From NCBI GenBank assembly GCA_964016885.1, contig OZ024741.1, positions 191,332,001 through 191,396,000 on the forward strand: DNA of 64,000 nucleotides, read 5' to 3'. This document shows positions 1 through 15,555 of the stretch, piece after piece (the stretch's first letter is position 1; the number at the start of each line of letters is the position of its first letter). The stretch is from Eledone cirrhosa (Eukaryota). The position numbers were made by a program, and so were the translations under genes. The notes under the pieces are model-generated. The model saw only the letters and a program-made list of their open reading frames with translations, was not told the DNA's origin and did no database searches.

Positions 1-1136
1 AAATGCAAATTATGGGTACATAAAAGATGTAGTGGGACCACAGGTAAACTATCTAAGAACGTAGACTTTATATGTGGCCGATGCTCAGGTGCAATAAGTA
101 GCAAGTGCCCACAGGATACTAGCTCCTTCTATTGCCCAGATGGTTCTATAGAAATAGTAGACACCTTCCATTACCTGGGTGATGAAATCAGCAGTGGGGG
201 AGGGTGCTCTGAAAGTACAGTAGCCAGAGTTAGAACAGAATGGAAAAAATTCAGAGAGCTTATATCACTGTTGGCCACAAAAGGTCTCTCTCTAAAAATG
301 AAAGGCAGATTGTATGATGCCTGTATTCAAACAGCAATGCTACATGGCAGTGAGACATGGGCATTGCGTGCAGACTGGAAAGGAATGAAGCATGCATGCT
401 CCGTTGAATGTGTAATAGTAATATACGTGAACGGCAAAGCATAAGTGAACTAAGTGAGAAATTAGGAATAAGAGGGATCAGATGCTGTTTACTCGAGAGA
501 AGACTACGTTGGTATGGCCACGTGATGCACATGAAAGATGACAGCTGTATAAAAAAGTGCAGGGTGATCAAAATTTATGGTAGTTACGGAGTAGGTAGAC
601 CCAGAAAAACCTGGAGCGATCTGATAAATTCCGACCTTACACACTTGCACCTCCCTAAGACAATGTCACTGGACCGAGATCTTTGGCGCTACGCAGTAAT
701 ACTGAAGACCCGCCTTGCCTATGTACAAAGCAAAACATACAGTCAGTAGGCACCTCTTAACCAAATATACACCCCAATCCACTACCCCTACCCTATCCTC
801 CCACTCCCACCAACACCACCCTCTCTCTATAAAGTTGGTAACACAACATTCAGTCCAAATAAATGAGATAATGAGATCGAGATCGTGTAGGTGACACGAC
901 AAAAAAACACACAGTTCACGCTGTAATGTGGCCGTGTGGGTAACATGGTAAAAAGTTCCCAGTTCCACACTGTAAATGTGGTTGGTGTTAGGAAGGGCAT
1001 CCAGCTGTAGAAAACTTGCCAGATAGTCCTATATGAGTGGACACGGTCGCCTGACCAACCTTGTCTCAAGTGGGACAACTCCCGTCTAACCCATGCTAGT
1101 GTGGAAGATGGACGTTAAACGAAGATGATGATGATG
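1..1136 (+). mobile_element. RTE-clade LINE, 3' part (RT C-terminal region, 3' UTR, (GAT)n tail), degenerate
   Basis: Translates to KCKLWVHKRCSG...FHYLG...RRLRWYGHVM...GRPRKTW...DRDLWR, typical of the RTE RT thumb/C-terminus. Contains a frameshift and a stop, ends GGACGTTAAACGAA(GAT)n, and is highly similar to the reverse complement of 5238-6530. Confidence 0.88.
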
Positions 1137-2116
1137 ATATATATATATGAGTTTAGACTGGCCAAGTGACCACATCTTGTTCATATATTCTATATTTGGT
1201 ATGTTTCAACAGCTGGAGGCCCTTCGTAACACCAACTACATTACAGGTTGTACTAGGTACATTTTTTTGAGGCACCAGCACTACCAATTTACAGAGTAGA
1301 CTAGGTGTGTTATATCATGGCACCAAAGACTCAGTATATATATATATGTATATTATGGTTATTTCATGCAAATTAATCCAATATTAGTTTTGCAGTTTCA
1401 ACCATCAATCAATAAACATTTGACTAAGCAGGATTCAGCACTCAACATAGAATATCTTTCCAGTTATATGATCAAAAATATAATTTTTTATTATGTGATA
1501 TTCTGTTGGGCAGGCTTCTGATGTTGATTATTCACTGCATGGTTGATATATATTGATATATATAACATACAGCATCCATACAGGATACATTTACTCATCA
1601 TTATTGATTGCTTTGGTTGAATACAATGCATTGCCAAATTAGACTTTCTTGTGTTGCCCTTATACATTCACTGTCTAATTCTTGATATTTTCCATTCAGA
1701 TAATTGCCATGTGTAACCCAGTTTTTAGAATAGGTACACCCTCTCCCTACATGTCATAAGAGGAGACTAAAAGGGTTTACATCAGGAAGGGAATCTAATT
1801 GCAAAACATTGTCTCAGAACATCTTGTCCAACCCATTCCAACATGAAGAAGTGGACATAAATAAAATGATGATAATTCTTGGTTTTCCTCTTTTTCTTCC
1901 CCCATTCATGTTGCTTTGCATTGATAATTTCTATTGTAGGTCATACCAGGCAAGCATTGAGGTCAACCTAATCGACTTTACCCCTCCCCCAACATTTCTG
2001 ACCTTATGCGTAATAGGCCATTAATAGTCTCTGTAAACCATTTTGATTGTATCTAAACATATTAATATATATAATTTCCACAAGAAATCAGTAATTTTCT
2101 TTAAACTTTATTCCAG

Positions 2117-2364
2117 AACAATGGTGGTTTGTGTGGGTATCAACAAGTGAAAGGAAAAAGGCAGGAACAAATGCCAATGTAACGATGGTTGTCTATGGCA
2201 CGAAAGGAAAGTCAGAGGAGATAGGTTTATCCAATGGAAAGAATGGTTTTGAAGCTGGTCAGACTGACAAATTTGAAATAGCCACAGTCGATATTGGAAT
2301 CCCTTACAAAATCAGAATTTGGCATGATAACTCTTGCAATTTTCCTGGTTGGCATTTACAAAAG
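2117..2364 (+). CDS. LOXHD1: Exon of a multi-PLAT (LH2) domain protein, LOXHD1-like; N-terminal part of a PLAT repeat
   Basis: ttccag acceptor (2115-2116) and AAG|gtacat donor. Encodes WWFVWVSTSERKKAGTNANVTMVVYGTKGKS...FEAGQTDKF...DIGIPYKIRIWHDNSCNFPGWHLQK, which matches the PLAT consensus (AGT.A.V...YG..G, KIRI.HDN, W.L). Starts in phase 1, ends in phase 0. The gene symbol is inferred from tandem PLAT repeats. Confidence 0.85.
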
Positions 2365-3369
2365 GTACATCTTATTTATTCATTCATTTATTTATTTATT
2401 TATTTGTGTTGCTTTGCTCTGGTAGAAAGAGACCATTCCAGAGCCTTTCAGGAGTATAGACATCTTAAAGATACCTATACTCTACTAATGTATTGAATAC
2501 CTTTTTAACTGTAGTCAACTGGAATCCACCTATTATATATATGTATATATATAGTATAAACAAAGTTTCATACACTTACCATGTATGTGCTACCAATGGT
2601 TTCGAGGTCCAGTCATGGGCCACATCACTATATAATGGAGGAGGCACTTTTAGACTGGCCCTTTATTCAGGCACGTGGACAAAAATATGAAAAGGGGAAG
2701 TTGTTGTCTTTAGGGCAAATCTCTCTCCTAACAGTAGAGATTGTTGTTGCAGGAGAGCTAATTCTGGGCTGAAAAATGTTTGTATACAAATTTATCAATT
2801 TCTAGGGTTATTCATTTCAGTGGTTGAAGGGATAAAGAGAAATAACTTGGGGTTTATCAGGCAATTAAACTGCTGTATGTAATCGGACACACATACACAC
2901 AGATTCACAGATGATGAATAATTCAGATTTTAAAATATAATAGAGATGCATTTGCATGCATAAATATAGCCACACATATATAATTTTTCACACAACTGTA
3001 CAGGTAGCTACATATGCATACATATATACACATATGCATACATACGTATGTATGTATATACACATATATAGATATATATATATATATGCATGTTCGCAAA
3101 TATGCATATTCACTCAACATTTGTGTCCTTATTGGGGCTTCACCAATTTTTAAGATCTGAGATGTAGAAGATTGCATGCTTGTTGGTTACAGTGTGATGT
3201 TGTAATCTCAATGTTTCTTTCATCAATTTGCCAATCTGTGTATGTGTGCAGTGCACTCATTGAGGGGTACTAGAGGTAGGTGGTGTCATGGGGCAGGGGT
3301 TCAGTAGGTCTGATGAGATGGCATCTTGTGGTGCAGGCTTCCAGTTAAATAAAAATTGAATCTTTTGAT

Positions 3370-5230
3370 GCAAGCATGCTCTGAAGATTTCTGTTTTTGA
3401 GATTAGGTACATCCGGTGAGTATAGACCCTCTAAGATCCTGAATTTCTTACTCTGTCACAGCCAGCATTTTTTGCTTTGGTTTTTATATGGAGTTGAGTT
3501 TTTAACCACTTTCCATGTGATGTCATGGGGTTTTCCCTTCTCTTTTAGCTGCCAGACTCTGGCAGTGGTTTTCATGTTGGGGTGTCTAGATGAGTAATGA
3601 TGCAAGGAGAACCTCTGTTTAAAATGGTCCTGGACTATACCTACATATTGTTTGAGGGTCTATGGCTTATTGTCTTTTCTGTGTTTGATCTCTGCTTTCG
3701 ATAAATCATGGATTTAACATTACAATTTTGCTGCAATGGACAGACATCTTTCTTCCTGCAAGAGCATCCTGGATGTTCATGTGGTTTACTCTTTGCATTT
3801 ATTTTTTATTTCATGGATGGGGCGTAAGAATAGGAAATTCTCGCTGCATGTTGATTGAAGATCTTACTGTAGCTGTGTTGAGGGGTAAAGTCTAAGAATT
3901 TCTTACCTATATTAGTTTTTACATTTAGTGAGAAAGGAGGCACGAACCAGATTATTTTCTTCTTCTATTGTTGTTTCTAGGTGGGTGGTTATTAGGAATG
4001 TATTTGATCTGTTCTTTAAATCCACTATGTCAGAGCGCCTTGTTGTAGTACAGCGCTGCTTTTTCAAATATCTCTCTGTTGGATGTTAAGTTTGAGATCC
4101 TGTGGCTAATGTTAGATACTAGATTTTTAAACACCGTTGGCAGATGGCATTATCCTCTGTTGATGTATTTCAGTCTCTCATTTGGTTTGCGATATGGTCT
4201 ATATTATTAGTAGGTCTAGGTTGACATCATGAAGTTTGGGTAAACTGTGATTTTAAGGCCTAGGTTGCGAAAAAAGCTTAGCAGGTCTTTATGGAACTTG
4301 TTCATATCATGCCCGATGGTGTGGTCGGAGAATAATCCTACAAGATCATATATATCCACGCTGTCGTATGACCCCATCAAGATGTCGAATGGATCTTCTG
4401 GGTCAGATTTTTTTACCCAACCGTCGCCGTTGTTGAATAAGAGTGTCTTTCGTGCATGGTAAATCAGGTCAAGATCTTGGTTACTAATAACTTCAAAGGT
4501 ACATGCAAAGTCTAAAGCCTTGTCTAGTAGAGATTTAGTGATAGAAGGGTAAAAATTGTTGGTTATATAGAACTGGGTAAACATGGTCCTGGCTTTTGAT
4601 GGGATGGCTTTGAACCAGGATATAACTGATGTGGTATTGTTCCAGAATAAGAGGCTCATGCTTGTGATGTGTTTGTTTATTTCTCCTAATATCTTCTTGG
4701 TAGCTAGGCCTAATTCTGTTCTCGTTGGGTTTATGAGCTTGCAGCATGGACTGTTTGTAAAGTCCATTTTGTGATCATTTCAGTGTAATGAAAGAATCAC
4801 ACTTTGCTAATCTTTCTAGTCTATTATCTATTTTAACATTTCTAGCTAATTCTTTTGCCTCGTTGTAAATAGAGTTGTAAATATTAGGTTTGGCTTTATG
4901 GTATTTGCTAGTTGTGTTACTTAGTATAAGCTGATTATATATATATCTCTATTTACTTCATATAGGTTCTTAGTTTTGTCAGAGAAAACAAATACGTTAT
5001 TTAAAGATCTGAACTTCTTAATATCATTTAGGAGGATTATTTGGAAGTAATTGTTGTACTTATGAAATGTTATGCGAGCTATTAAGTCTAAGAGATCTGC
5101 TTCGAATTCTGCATGGTTTTTAACTGTGAATGAGTATTTGGTGGATTTGATATTGAATTTTTCGGTGGCAATTGTTGCCATCTCTCCATCAAAAAACAGG
5201 GCTTTCCATCTCAGTCTCTGTGACAGGTGT
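3370..5230 (-). mobile_element. Penelope-like retroelement (Naiad-type RT + GIY-YIG remnant), pseudogenised
   Basis: ORF 4216-4767 CKLINPTRTELG..K.IL..IN...WNNT..VISWF...NFYPSI..LL.KAL...HARKTLLF...WVKK...FDI.MGSYD. Upstream FEADLLDLI..I.F...SDKTKNLY and downstream IIWFVPPFSLNVKTNIG and RVWQLK motifs. Many stops. Confidence 0.8.
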
Positions 5231-5237
5231 TATATAT

Positions 5238-6636
<1,399 letters not shown>

Positions 6637-7210
6637 CACCTTTCACTTTTTACCTTTGCATCTTCCATCTTGAATATTTTAGAATATTTCTAAAGATAGC
6701 TTTGAAATTCTTTAGAATATAATCTTTCTAGGAGCTCTTAAGAAACAAAATAAAGAGAAAGAAAGAGAGAGGAGGCAGACAGGGCATAGGGAAGGAGAAA
6801 GAAGGGATTTGTGTAGAAGATAAAAGGAAAAGACTAACCCCAGAAGAATAACAAAAGACAACAGATAGTGGAGAGAATCATGGTTGGCAAAATACTGTGT
6901 GCTCTGCATGCCCCGTTTGTCAATCAAGTTTTTTTTTTATAATAAGACATGTAAATGCTGTTTTGCTTACTTCTGGGAATAGAGTGTAGTTACTGCTAAT
7001 AACTGAGAAGAATTTGGAGCAACTGTATTATTTAATATCCTTGTGATGTCTTGGTGTTTATATTTAACAGAAAAACATATTAACATCACTGAAGGATCTC
7101 AAGAAAAAAAGAGCAACCACTATAGTACCAACTTTCAAGACAAAATAGAGTTTAAAACAACTATGTTTTTTTTAGATTGTTTTTTTTCTTCTGTTTTTAA
7201 TTTATTGGAA

Positions 7211-7243
7211 TTCCATAGTGTTCTATTGTGATACACACACACA

Positions 7244-7287
<44 letters not shown>

Positions 7288-7317
7288 TGTGTGTGTGTAT
7301 CACAATAGAACACTTTG

Positions 7318-7321
<4 letters not shown>
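7211..7321. repeat. Small fold-back inverted repeat centred on (TA)n
   Basis: ttccatagtgttctattgtgatacacacacatgc-(at)n-gcatgtgtgtgtgtatcacaatagaacactttggaa. Confidence 0.85.
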
Positions 7322-7352
<31 letters not shown>

Positions 7353-7550
7353 AATTTTAGTACAGCATTAACGAAGCTTTAGTTTGCGGCCAAGCTAACA
7401 AATGCAAATTCGGTATGTAGCTTTAGCACTCGAATGGGGGATAGTACCCCAGAGTAATAACAATACGTTTAGACAGCTTAGCAAATCAAATATAGCGATT
7501 GGCAGTCCAGCCGCATTATCACAGCAACGAGAATGGTTGAACTCAGGAAA

Positions 7551-7619
<69 letters not shown>

Positions 7620-7728
7620 GAAACAAAACTATTGAATAGGACCAATGCATTCTCGGTCATTTTCCCACTCACTCAATAATTTAATTAAGTCAGTATCATT
7701 AAAATACCAACCCAAGAAACTAATGTAT

Positions 7729-7985
7729 ATCATCATCATCATCATCGTTTAACGTCCATCTTCTACACTAGCATGGGTTTGGACGGGAATTTTCCCACTT
7801 GAGGCAAGAGTGGTTGTCTTGCTCGTATAGGACTATCTGGCGGGTTTTCTACGGCTGGATGCCCTTCCTAACACCAACCACATTTACAGTGTGGACTGGG
7901 AGGTTTTTACCGTGTTACCTACACGGCCACATTACAGCGTGGACTGTGTGTTTTTTTTGTCGTGACACCTACACGACCTCATTTA
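7729..7985 (-). mobile_element. RTE 3'-UTR/tail fragment (another at 8574-8660)
   Basis: Near-identical to 5238-5500; (CAT)n followed by CGTTTAACGTC. Confidence 0.85.
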
Positions 7986-8178
7986 TTTTATATATATATA
8001 TATATATATAACCCCTCTTTCTGATGAGCAACCTAGACGTATGTTAATATTGTCTAGGGTCCTGAAACATTTGGTAATGGAGTAGTTATATATTGTGTTG
8101 TTCATTTTCTAATTAATATATATATATATGAATTTGTTTTGCAAGGTTTTTGATAGGAAATCGTGTGTTGAAACAAAT

Positions 8179-8554
8179 ATTGTTACGTTTGGGGAGGGTC
8201 ATATTGTAATATTGCCAGAAATATATAATAAAACATACTCACTGTATCTTTTATATCCTTATAGTTAATTTAGCAGGCAATCAATGTTTATCATTGATTG
8301 ACCAACAGTTAAAAATATATATATATATATATAGTCTCTCAAAGTTCTTTCATCACACACCTGTGACATCATCAGTGATACTATTAGTATCACTGATGAT
8401 GTCACAGGGCTGTGATGAAAGAACTTTGACAGACTATATATATTTTTTTTTTTTTCAACTGTTGGTCAATCAATGATAAACCAAACAGTAAGTGTGTTGT
8501 ATTATATATTTCTGGCAATATTATAACAATATGACCCTCCCCAAATATAACAAT
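8179..8554. repeat. Imperfect palindromic element (centre about 8384), probable PLE pLTR remnant
   Basis: Arms tttggggagggtcatattg...gacatcatcagtgatacta / tagtatcactgatgatgtc...caatatgaccctccccaaa. Related single-arm copies lie at about 52890-53130 and 21100-21300. Contains CTGATGA-stem-GAAA at 8393-8420. Confidence 0.75.
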
Positions 8555-8669
8555 GTATATATATATATATATATCATCATCATCGTTTAACGTCTATCTT
8601 TCACGCTAGCATGGGTTAGACGGGAATTTTCCCACTTGTGGCAAGGTTGATCAGGTGACCGTGTTTCGC

Positions 8670-10562
8670 TTGTTGACTACATAATTATTACTGGCGACTT
8701 TAATGGTCATGTTGCACAACATTGTGACGGCTATGAAGGAATCCATGGAGGCTATGGGTTTGGTAATAGAAATGAGGAAGGCTTCAGTAGCCTGGAATTC
8801 TGTGATGCTAATAACCTAACTATCTGTAAACCAAACTTCAAAAAACGAGACAATTACTTGATCACCAATAGATCAGGGGAGAACACACCAGCCAGATAGA
8901 TTTTATCCTTACTAGAAGATGTGACAGAGTTTCTGTTGTAAAGACTAAGACCCCCCCCCCCCCCCATATGAAGAATGCACCTCCCAATAGAGCCTAATAG
9001 TTAGTGACCTCTTAGTCAGGACTAGATGTACTCGATGACAGAGGACTACCTTAAGGAGAAGAATATGGAAATTGAAGGACCCCACAGGGAGTAACAAATT
9101 TAAGAGTATATTACTGATGCTTTTGACAGTAAAGAAGTGCAATTAGAGATGTACAATATAGAGGAACAGTGGAAATTCCTGAAAGTTAACCTGATGAAGG
9201 CGAGAGAGGAAATATGTGGCTGGAGCAGTCCTTTAAGCAAAGGAGAGTAACTTGGTGGTGGAACAGTAAGGTGCAGGAGACAATCAAGGCCAAAAAGCAG
9301 GCTTGGAAAGAATGGCAGGATGGGGCAAGTAGAGAACACTATCAGGTGGCTAGGAGAGAAGCTAGCGATAAGTGTACTTTGCAAGAAGGGAAGCAGAGGA
9401 TAGAAGGTTCAAGCATGTTCTACAATGTGAGGACCAAAAACGTGAGGTGTTCAGGATTGCAAGACAATGTGTCAAGGAAAACTGTGATATTGTTGGGGAG
9501 AAGTGTGTCCGTAATGATGATGGTATACTTGCCATCACTGATACTGATAAGAAGGTAGCTTGGAAGTGTCACTACGAGAGACTACTAAATGAGGAGAATA
9601 AATGGGAAAAAGATAGTCTGCCCCAAACCGATCCAATAGAGGGATCAGCTGTGCAAGTTAATGGTAGTATTAGTAAGGCAATCAGAGATAGATGCTGAGG
9701 TGTTGAAAGCATCTGGAATGGTGGGACATACTATGCTCACCAAGATAGTAAACCAGTTAAATTAGTTGACCAGGTCATGAAAGTCACAGAAAGAGTTATT
9801 GCACAACTAATTAGAGACCGAATTGATCTAGATGAAATGCAGTTTGAGTTTGTACCACAGATGCCCTCTTCCTTGTACGGCAACTACAGGAGAAGTACCT
9901 AGCTAAAAGTAAACCCCTCTACTTAGCTTTTGTTGACTTGGAGAAAGCCTTTGACAGAGTCCCCCACTCCATTACCTGGTGGTCCCTTAGAAAACTAGGT
10001 GTTGATGAATGGCTTGTGAGAATTATACAAGCCATGTATAGAGGAACAGTCAGCAAGGTTAGAATGAACAACGAATATAGTGAAGAATTTAGTGTAAAAA
10101 TTGGTGTTCATCAAGGCTCCATCCTTACCCCCCTCCTGTTTATTATTGCCCTTCAGGTTATAACAGAGGAGTTTAAGACCAGCTGCCCATGGGAACTCCT
10201 ATATGCAGATGATCTAACTCTCATAGCTGAATCTATGGCTGAACTAGAGAAGAAATTGCAAACATGGAAGCATGGCCTAGAATCAAAAGGCCTTAAAGTT
10301 AACTTGTCTAAGACTAAAGTTCTAGTATATAGAAAGAAAATAGAGCACAGGTGCCCTCTGGGAAATGATCATGCTCAGTGTGTAGGAAAGGTGTAGGTAG
10401 AAATTCCATTCTATGCCCCAAATGCAAACTATGGGTACATAAAAGATGTAGTGGGATCACAGGCAAGCTATCTAAGAATGTAGATTTTATATGTGACCAA
10501 TGCTCAGGTGCAATAAGTAGCAAGTGCCTAGAGGATACTAGCTCCTTCTACTGCCTAGATGG

Positions 10563-10567
<5 letters not shown>
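8670..10567 (+). mobile_element. RTE-clade LINE internal fragment (APE C-terminal part to RT), pseudogenised
   Basis: IITGDFNGHV and SQIDFIL (APE), TWWWN, FVDLEKAFDRVP, GVHQGS.L.PLLF, LYADDL. Multiple frameshifts; ends in (TA)n. Confidence 0.88.
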
Positions 10568-10610
<43 letters not shown>

Positions 10611-12214
10611 TTTTTTTTTAACTTAATTATATATATATATATTATGTTAGAAAGTTAAGGGAACATAAACAAGAGACAGATATTTTCCCTTCATTAGTTG
10701 TCTACTACGGGTCACAGACGTTTCAGTGCATTACAGACAATACATCTATATGTAGCGCGCCTATAACTTATTATCAACAAGTTATGAAGGAAAGGAAAGA
10801 CGAAAATGAGGCGATAGTGAAGAGAGAGAGAAAGAAAAATAGAGAGAAAAAAGAGAAAAAAAACATACCGACAAAAGGGGGAAACACAGGACAATGGCAC
10901 ATGTAAGCTAGTAACCGAGGGGGGAGAGGACGAAATTAAAAAAGGCCATTGGGTTTAAGCCCAAACACAATACTACTACCACCACCACCACCACAATCAG
11001 TGGAGGTGGTGGTGGTAGTATTGGAAGGGGAATAAGCTCTACCAGGTTTAAAGAAAATGGCCAAGATATGCCTTTGTCACTATGGCATTGGTATCGATAT
11101 GACTCAATCAGGAGTCACAGGTACATACACACATACATGATGGCTGCAACTCAATTTCGAATAATGCCACCGCTTGATACTTAAGCATGAGTATCACGGA
11201 CAGCAATACCATGCATCACAAAAAATGTCATATCAAGTGATGCCTGTGCTTGACACTTTCTTAAGTGAGGAAAGGCTTTGTACAGGTCCAGTCCCACTCT
11301 CTGAACATCAAATGCATTTGCCCCAAAAGAAGAACTGGCTTGCTTGGTGAAGAGGGTGATTTAGGACACCCTGCGGGATGAAAAACAAGACCCGTCAAAG
11401 GGTGGAGTAACCCAGGAGAGCCAACCGCTATCCAATAAAGTTTTTTTTTTTTTTGGAGCAAGAGATTTCTAGTTTTCATTAAAACATCTCTCTAGGGGAA
11501 GGTCACTCAAATATAAAACCTGCAACATACATACATACGTACATACATACATGCACACACACACACATACATACATACATGCACACACACACACATACAT
11601 ACACACATACGTACATACATACACGCACACACACACATACATACACACATACGTACATACATGCACACACGCACATACATACACACATACGTACATACAT
11701 ATATGCACACACACTTACATAATGGCTGCATCTTGGTTTCGAGAATTGTCATCTCTTGACCTTTTTCTCATACATGGGTGGCACAAACATAACTTTTAAC
11801 CCAATCCCTGATTTAGATTTCTTTCTGGATACGCTGCAGTGAAAGAATTGGCCATGTTCATACAACACACATGAAAGTTGTTTAGAACAAGGGATGCCTC
11901 TGCTTGTAGCTTTGTTAAGTGAGGAGAGGCCTTGCACTGGACCAATCCTACTCTCAGAACAACAGTGGGAGGTATTAAAAAAAAAGAGAACACGTCAACA
12001 TCATTGGCTGCCAACAAGTTGCAAGTTTTACATCAGAATTTTCCTTCTCCTATAATAATGTCCTAACAAGAGCTAGGGATTTCTCACTCTCAGTGGACTA
12101 ACTGCGCGCTCGGGCACCAAACTGAGTATTTACATGTCCCCGCACATACCTACTTACCTACCTACCTACCTATCTACCTACCTACATACGTACATACTAG
12201 CGAAAAGGAGAATA

Positions 12215-12410
12215 TTTATGCAGAACTGATGAGAAATCTGCAGATACTCCACCCTGATTACACCCTCAGATTTATGCCTGTGATTATTGGGGCACTGGGA
12301 TATGTTAGTAACTGCCTCAATACAAATCTTGAGAAGCTGGGCTTCACAGGAACAGAAAGAACACAATGGAACAGTAAAAATATGTAAAATATTCCAAAAA
12401 TTTTGCATCT
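12215..12410 (+). mobile_element. R4/RLE-type LINE C-terminal fragment
   Basis: Reads Y.ELMRNLQIL...MPVIIGALGYV, resembling the C-terminal P(V/I)VIGALG motif of the R4-like ORFs at 44600 and 63060. Confidence 0.5.
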
Positions 12411-12673
12411 AATAACTGCATATACACATGTACAGATACAAAGCATATATACATGCACACATACAACTCAAAACATACACATCCACACATACAATAACAT
12501 CCATATCTACACATGCATGCATACATACATATCTACCTAGTTGATGTTGTGTAAATTCCAATGAAAGAGTCTTGTAACTAGGTTAGAAACCAACTATCTC
12601 TCTATTGGTAAAAATTTGTGAAATTATAAAACCAGAAGAACATACATACATACATAATTTCTTGTTTCCACAG

Positions 12674-12809
12674 ATTGAAATGGAGAATAGTAATACATCA
12701 AAACATTATGAATTTCTGGCCAATTGTTGGTTGGCCCAAGATGAAGGAGACAGAGAAATTATCAGAGAGTTACCATCTTCAGGACCTGAAATTAGAAGCC
12801 CTCTACCAG
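12674..12809 (+). CDS. LOXHD1: Exon of LOXHD1-like gene; C-terminal part of the PLAT repeat
   Basis: ttccacag acceptor, phase 0, matching the previous donor. Encodes IEMENSNTSKHYEFLANCWLAQDEGDREIIRELPSSGPEIRSPLP (PLAT end motif F...WLA.DE.D..I.REL). Phase-1 donor at CAG|gttgta (end 12809), or alternatively T|gtaaat (end 12812). Confidence 0.85.
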
Positions 12810-12868
12810 GTTGTAAATATTATCATCTCTTGTTATTGATTCATTTTCCTTTTCTTCTTACATCTTTA

Positions 12869-13063
12869 ATAATTGTTTCTACTTTTGGCACAAGGCCAGC
12901 AATTATCCCAGGGTATTACTGGTACTTTATTTTATCGACTCCATAAGGATGAAAGGCAAAGTTAACCTCGGCAGGATTTGACCTCATATCATAAAGGGCC
13001 GTAACTCTTTGCTGCAAAGCATGGCATCCGACTCTCTACCGATACTGCCAATCCACCGCCCCT
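12869..13063 (-). mobile_element. tRNA-derived SINE, family A (Nin/Deu-domain-like)
   Basis: Reverse complement of the 14695-14880 element. Confidence 0.85.
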
Positions 13064-14694
13064 TATATCTTTAATAATAATCTTTAATGATCCCCAGCAA
13101 AATATAAATGTATTAAAAGATAATAATGGATAAAAAACCAAGATGAAGAAATTTAAGGCAATTTATTTGTCTGCCAGGAGTTACACTAGGTAAATAGTAT
13201 CAGCAGTGGAAAGACCAATGGAAACAGTGTTTCCTTGGTTTGATTTGATGAGTTCCACCCATCCTGTAATTGAATGAAGTCTGAGAACTGGTCAGTTGAT
13301 TCAATCGATTTGTTTTCAAGATGTTTTAACAGGAAAGATATTAAAAAAAGGAATAACTTTATTCTTCTGAACTTTTACCCTTGTTTATATATTTGTATGT
13401 AATTTCATATTAATACTAGACTACCCGTGACCTGTTGGATCATGTTCACTTCAAAATATTTTTAAAAAATCATGTTCACTTAAAAATAATTTTTAAATAA
13501 TTAAAATATAGACAGACATGTATATAATGTAAAATGAAACTGGAAGACCCATATATATACATGCGTGTATGTTTATATATAAATGTATGTGTGTGTGTGT
13601 GTAGACATATATAACCAGTGATGAGTATTTTCGTCTACCTAAAAAAAGGGAAATTTATTTTTCCAAGCACTCCAGGAAGTTGACAGACTCAGGCGCTGGG
13701 GGTGCAAGCGGGAAGGCCGTTACAGCCAGCCGATCATCCAGCATATACCAGCATATACCAAACAACTATTAGTTATTCACACCAGTGGTGTGAAGTTTAA
13801 AGGTAGTAAAATTTAATGAAATAGGTAAAGAAACCATACTCAATCCCAAGTTAACCCGGGTTCCATGTGCGGTCCAGATTTGAATTTATACGGGATACAA
13901 TCCCATCCCACACTGCAATAAATACAGATGAGATGTCGATATATACCCTATATGTCGTATAATAATTTTAGGTAACAGAAGAGTAGATGGATAACTCTCT
14001 TAGTCTTAGTTCCTCCAGTCCCTTGTGGAACATTGGGCGACGAGCTTCCTCCACTTGATCCTGTCACTGGCGGCCCTTCTAGCAACTCTCCAGTTAATTC
14101 CCATCTCCCGCAGGAGATAAGTTCATAAGGAAAATAAAATGAAGTCATACCCAGAGTGGCAATCATGGGAGTAAAAATGGAAATAAATAAGAAAATATCA
14201 AAGAAATCAAAATACAGAAGAAATAAAATACAAATCAAGGTGTAACAAGTAAACAATAAACAATAGATAAAACGGTTGGAAAATACATGGTTATAAATAT
14301 AGAAGATAGAAGAGTAGAGGTGGTATCAGGTGATACGTAGTGTAGGTATCAGGTGATACGTAGTGTAGGTTCAAGTATTAACTATTAATGTGAAACATAA
14401 GAACTATGAAATATAGGATATATAATTCAGTCAATACAATACAAGGTATAGTAAAATATGTTGATTGTTCGAAGAATCTGTGAAGTCTGACGGAGTTTGA
14501 ATGTTCCTCATAGAGAAGTAGGAAGATGCAGTCCGGGTAGTGAGGTAGACATAGCTTACTGCAGCCAAAATCAGAATGGGGTACAGTCAGTCCTATATTG
14601 GTAATAGCTGTATGCTCGTGCCAGGGCCCCTGTTCTCTGATACATCACAAAGCACTCAACAGTACAAGGAGCATTATTCATTTAGGTTTGTTGA

Positions 14695-14880
14695 GCGGTG
14701 GATTGGCAGTATCGGTAGAGAGTCGGACGCCATGCTTTCCAGCATAGTTACGTCCCTTTACGATCTGAGTTCAAATCCCGCCGAGGTTGACTTTGCCTTT
14801 CATCCTTACGGGGTCGATAAAATAAAGTACCAGTAATGCACTGGGTAATTGCTGGCCTTGTGCCTAAAGTAGAAACAATT
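14695..14880 (+). mobile_element. tRNA-derived SINE, family A, full length with a 21-bp TSD
   Basis: A box TGGCAGTATCGG and B box GAGTTCAAATCC. Central GCCTTTCATCCTTACGGGGTCGATAAAATAAAGTACCAG resembles the Nin/Deu conserved SINE domain. (ATT) tail. TSD attattcatttaggtttgttg at 14673-14693 and 14878-14898. Confidence 0.9.
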
Positions 14881-15029
14881 ATTCATTTAGGTTTGTTGGT
14901 TCACCACTGGATAGAACTGGTCATTCCATATAGTCAACCATGATGTAATATTAGGAAAAGCACTCGACATAATGTTGAATATATATATATATGTATGTGT
15001 GTGTGCATGTGTGTGTATACATATATATA

Positions 15030-15079
<50 letters not shown>

Positions 15080-15087
15080 TATATATG

Positions 15088-15555
<468 letters not shown>

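Noticed and set aside
10700-10785. Minus-strand TTGATAA...GAAAC hammerhead candidate
   Set aside because: Stems I and III could not be paired convincingly.
13948-14256. Hydrophobic 102-aa minus-strand ORF
   Set aside because: Composition-driven (T-rich), with no recognisable motif or splice support.
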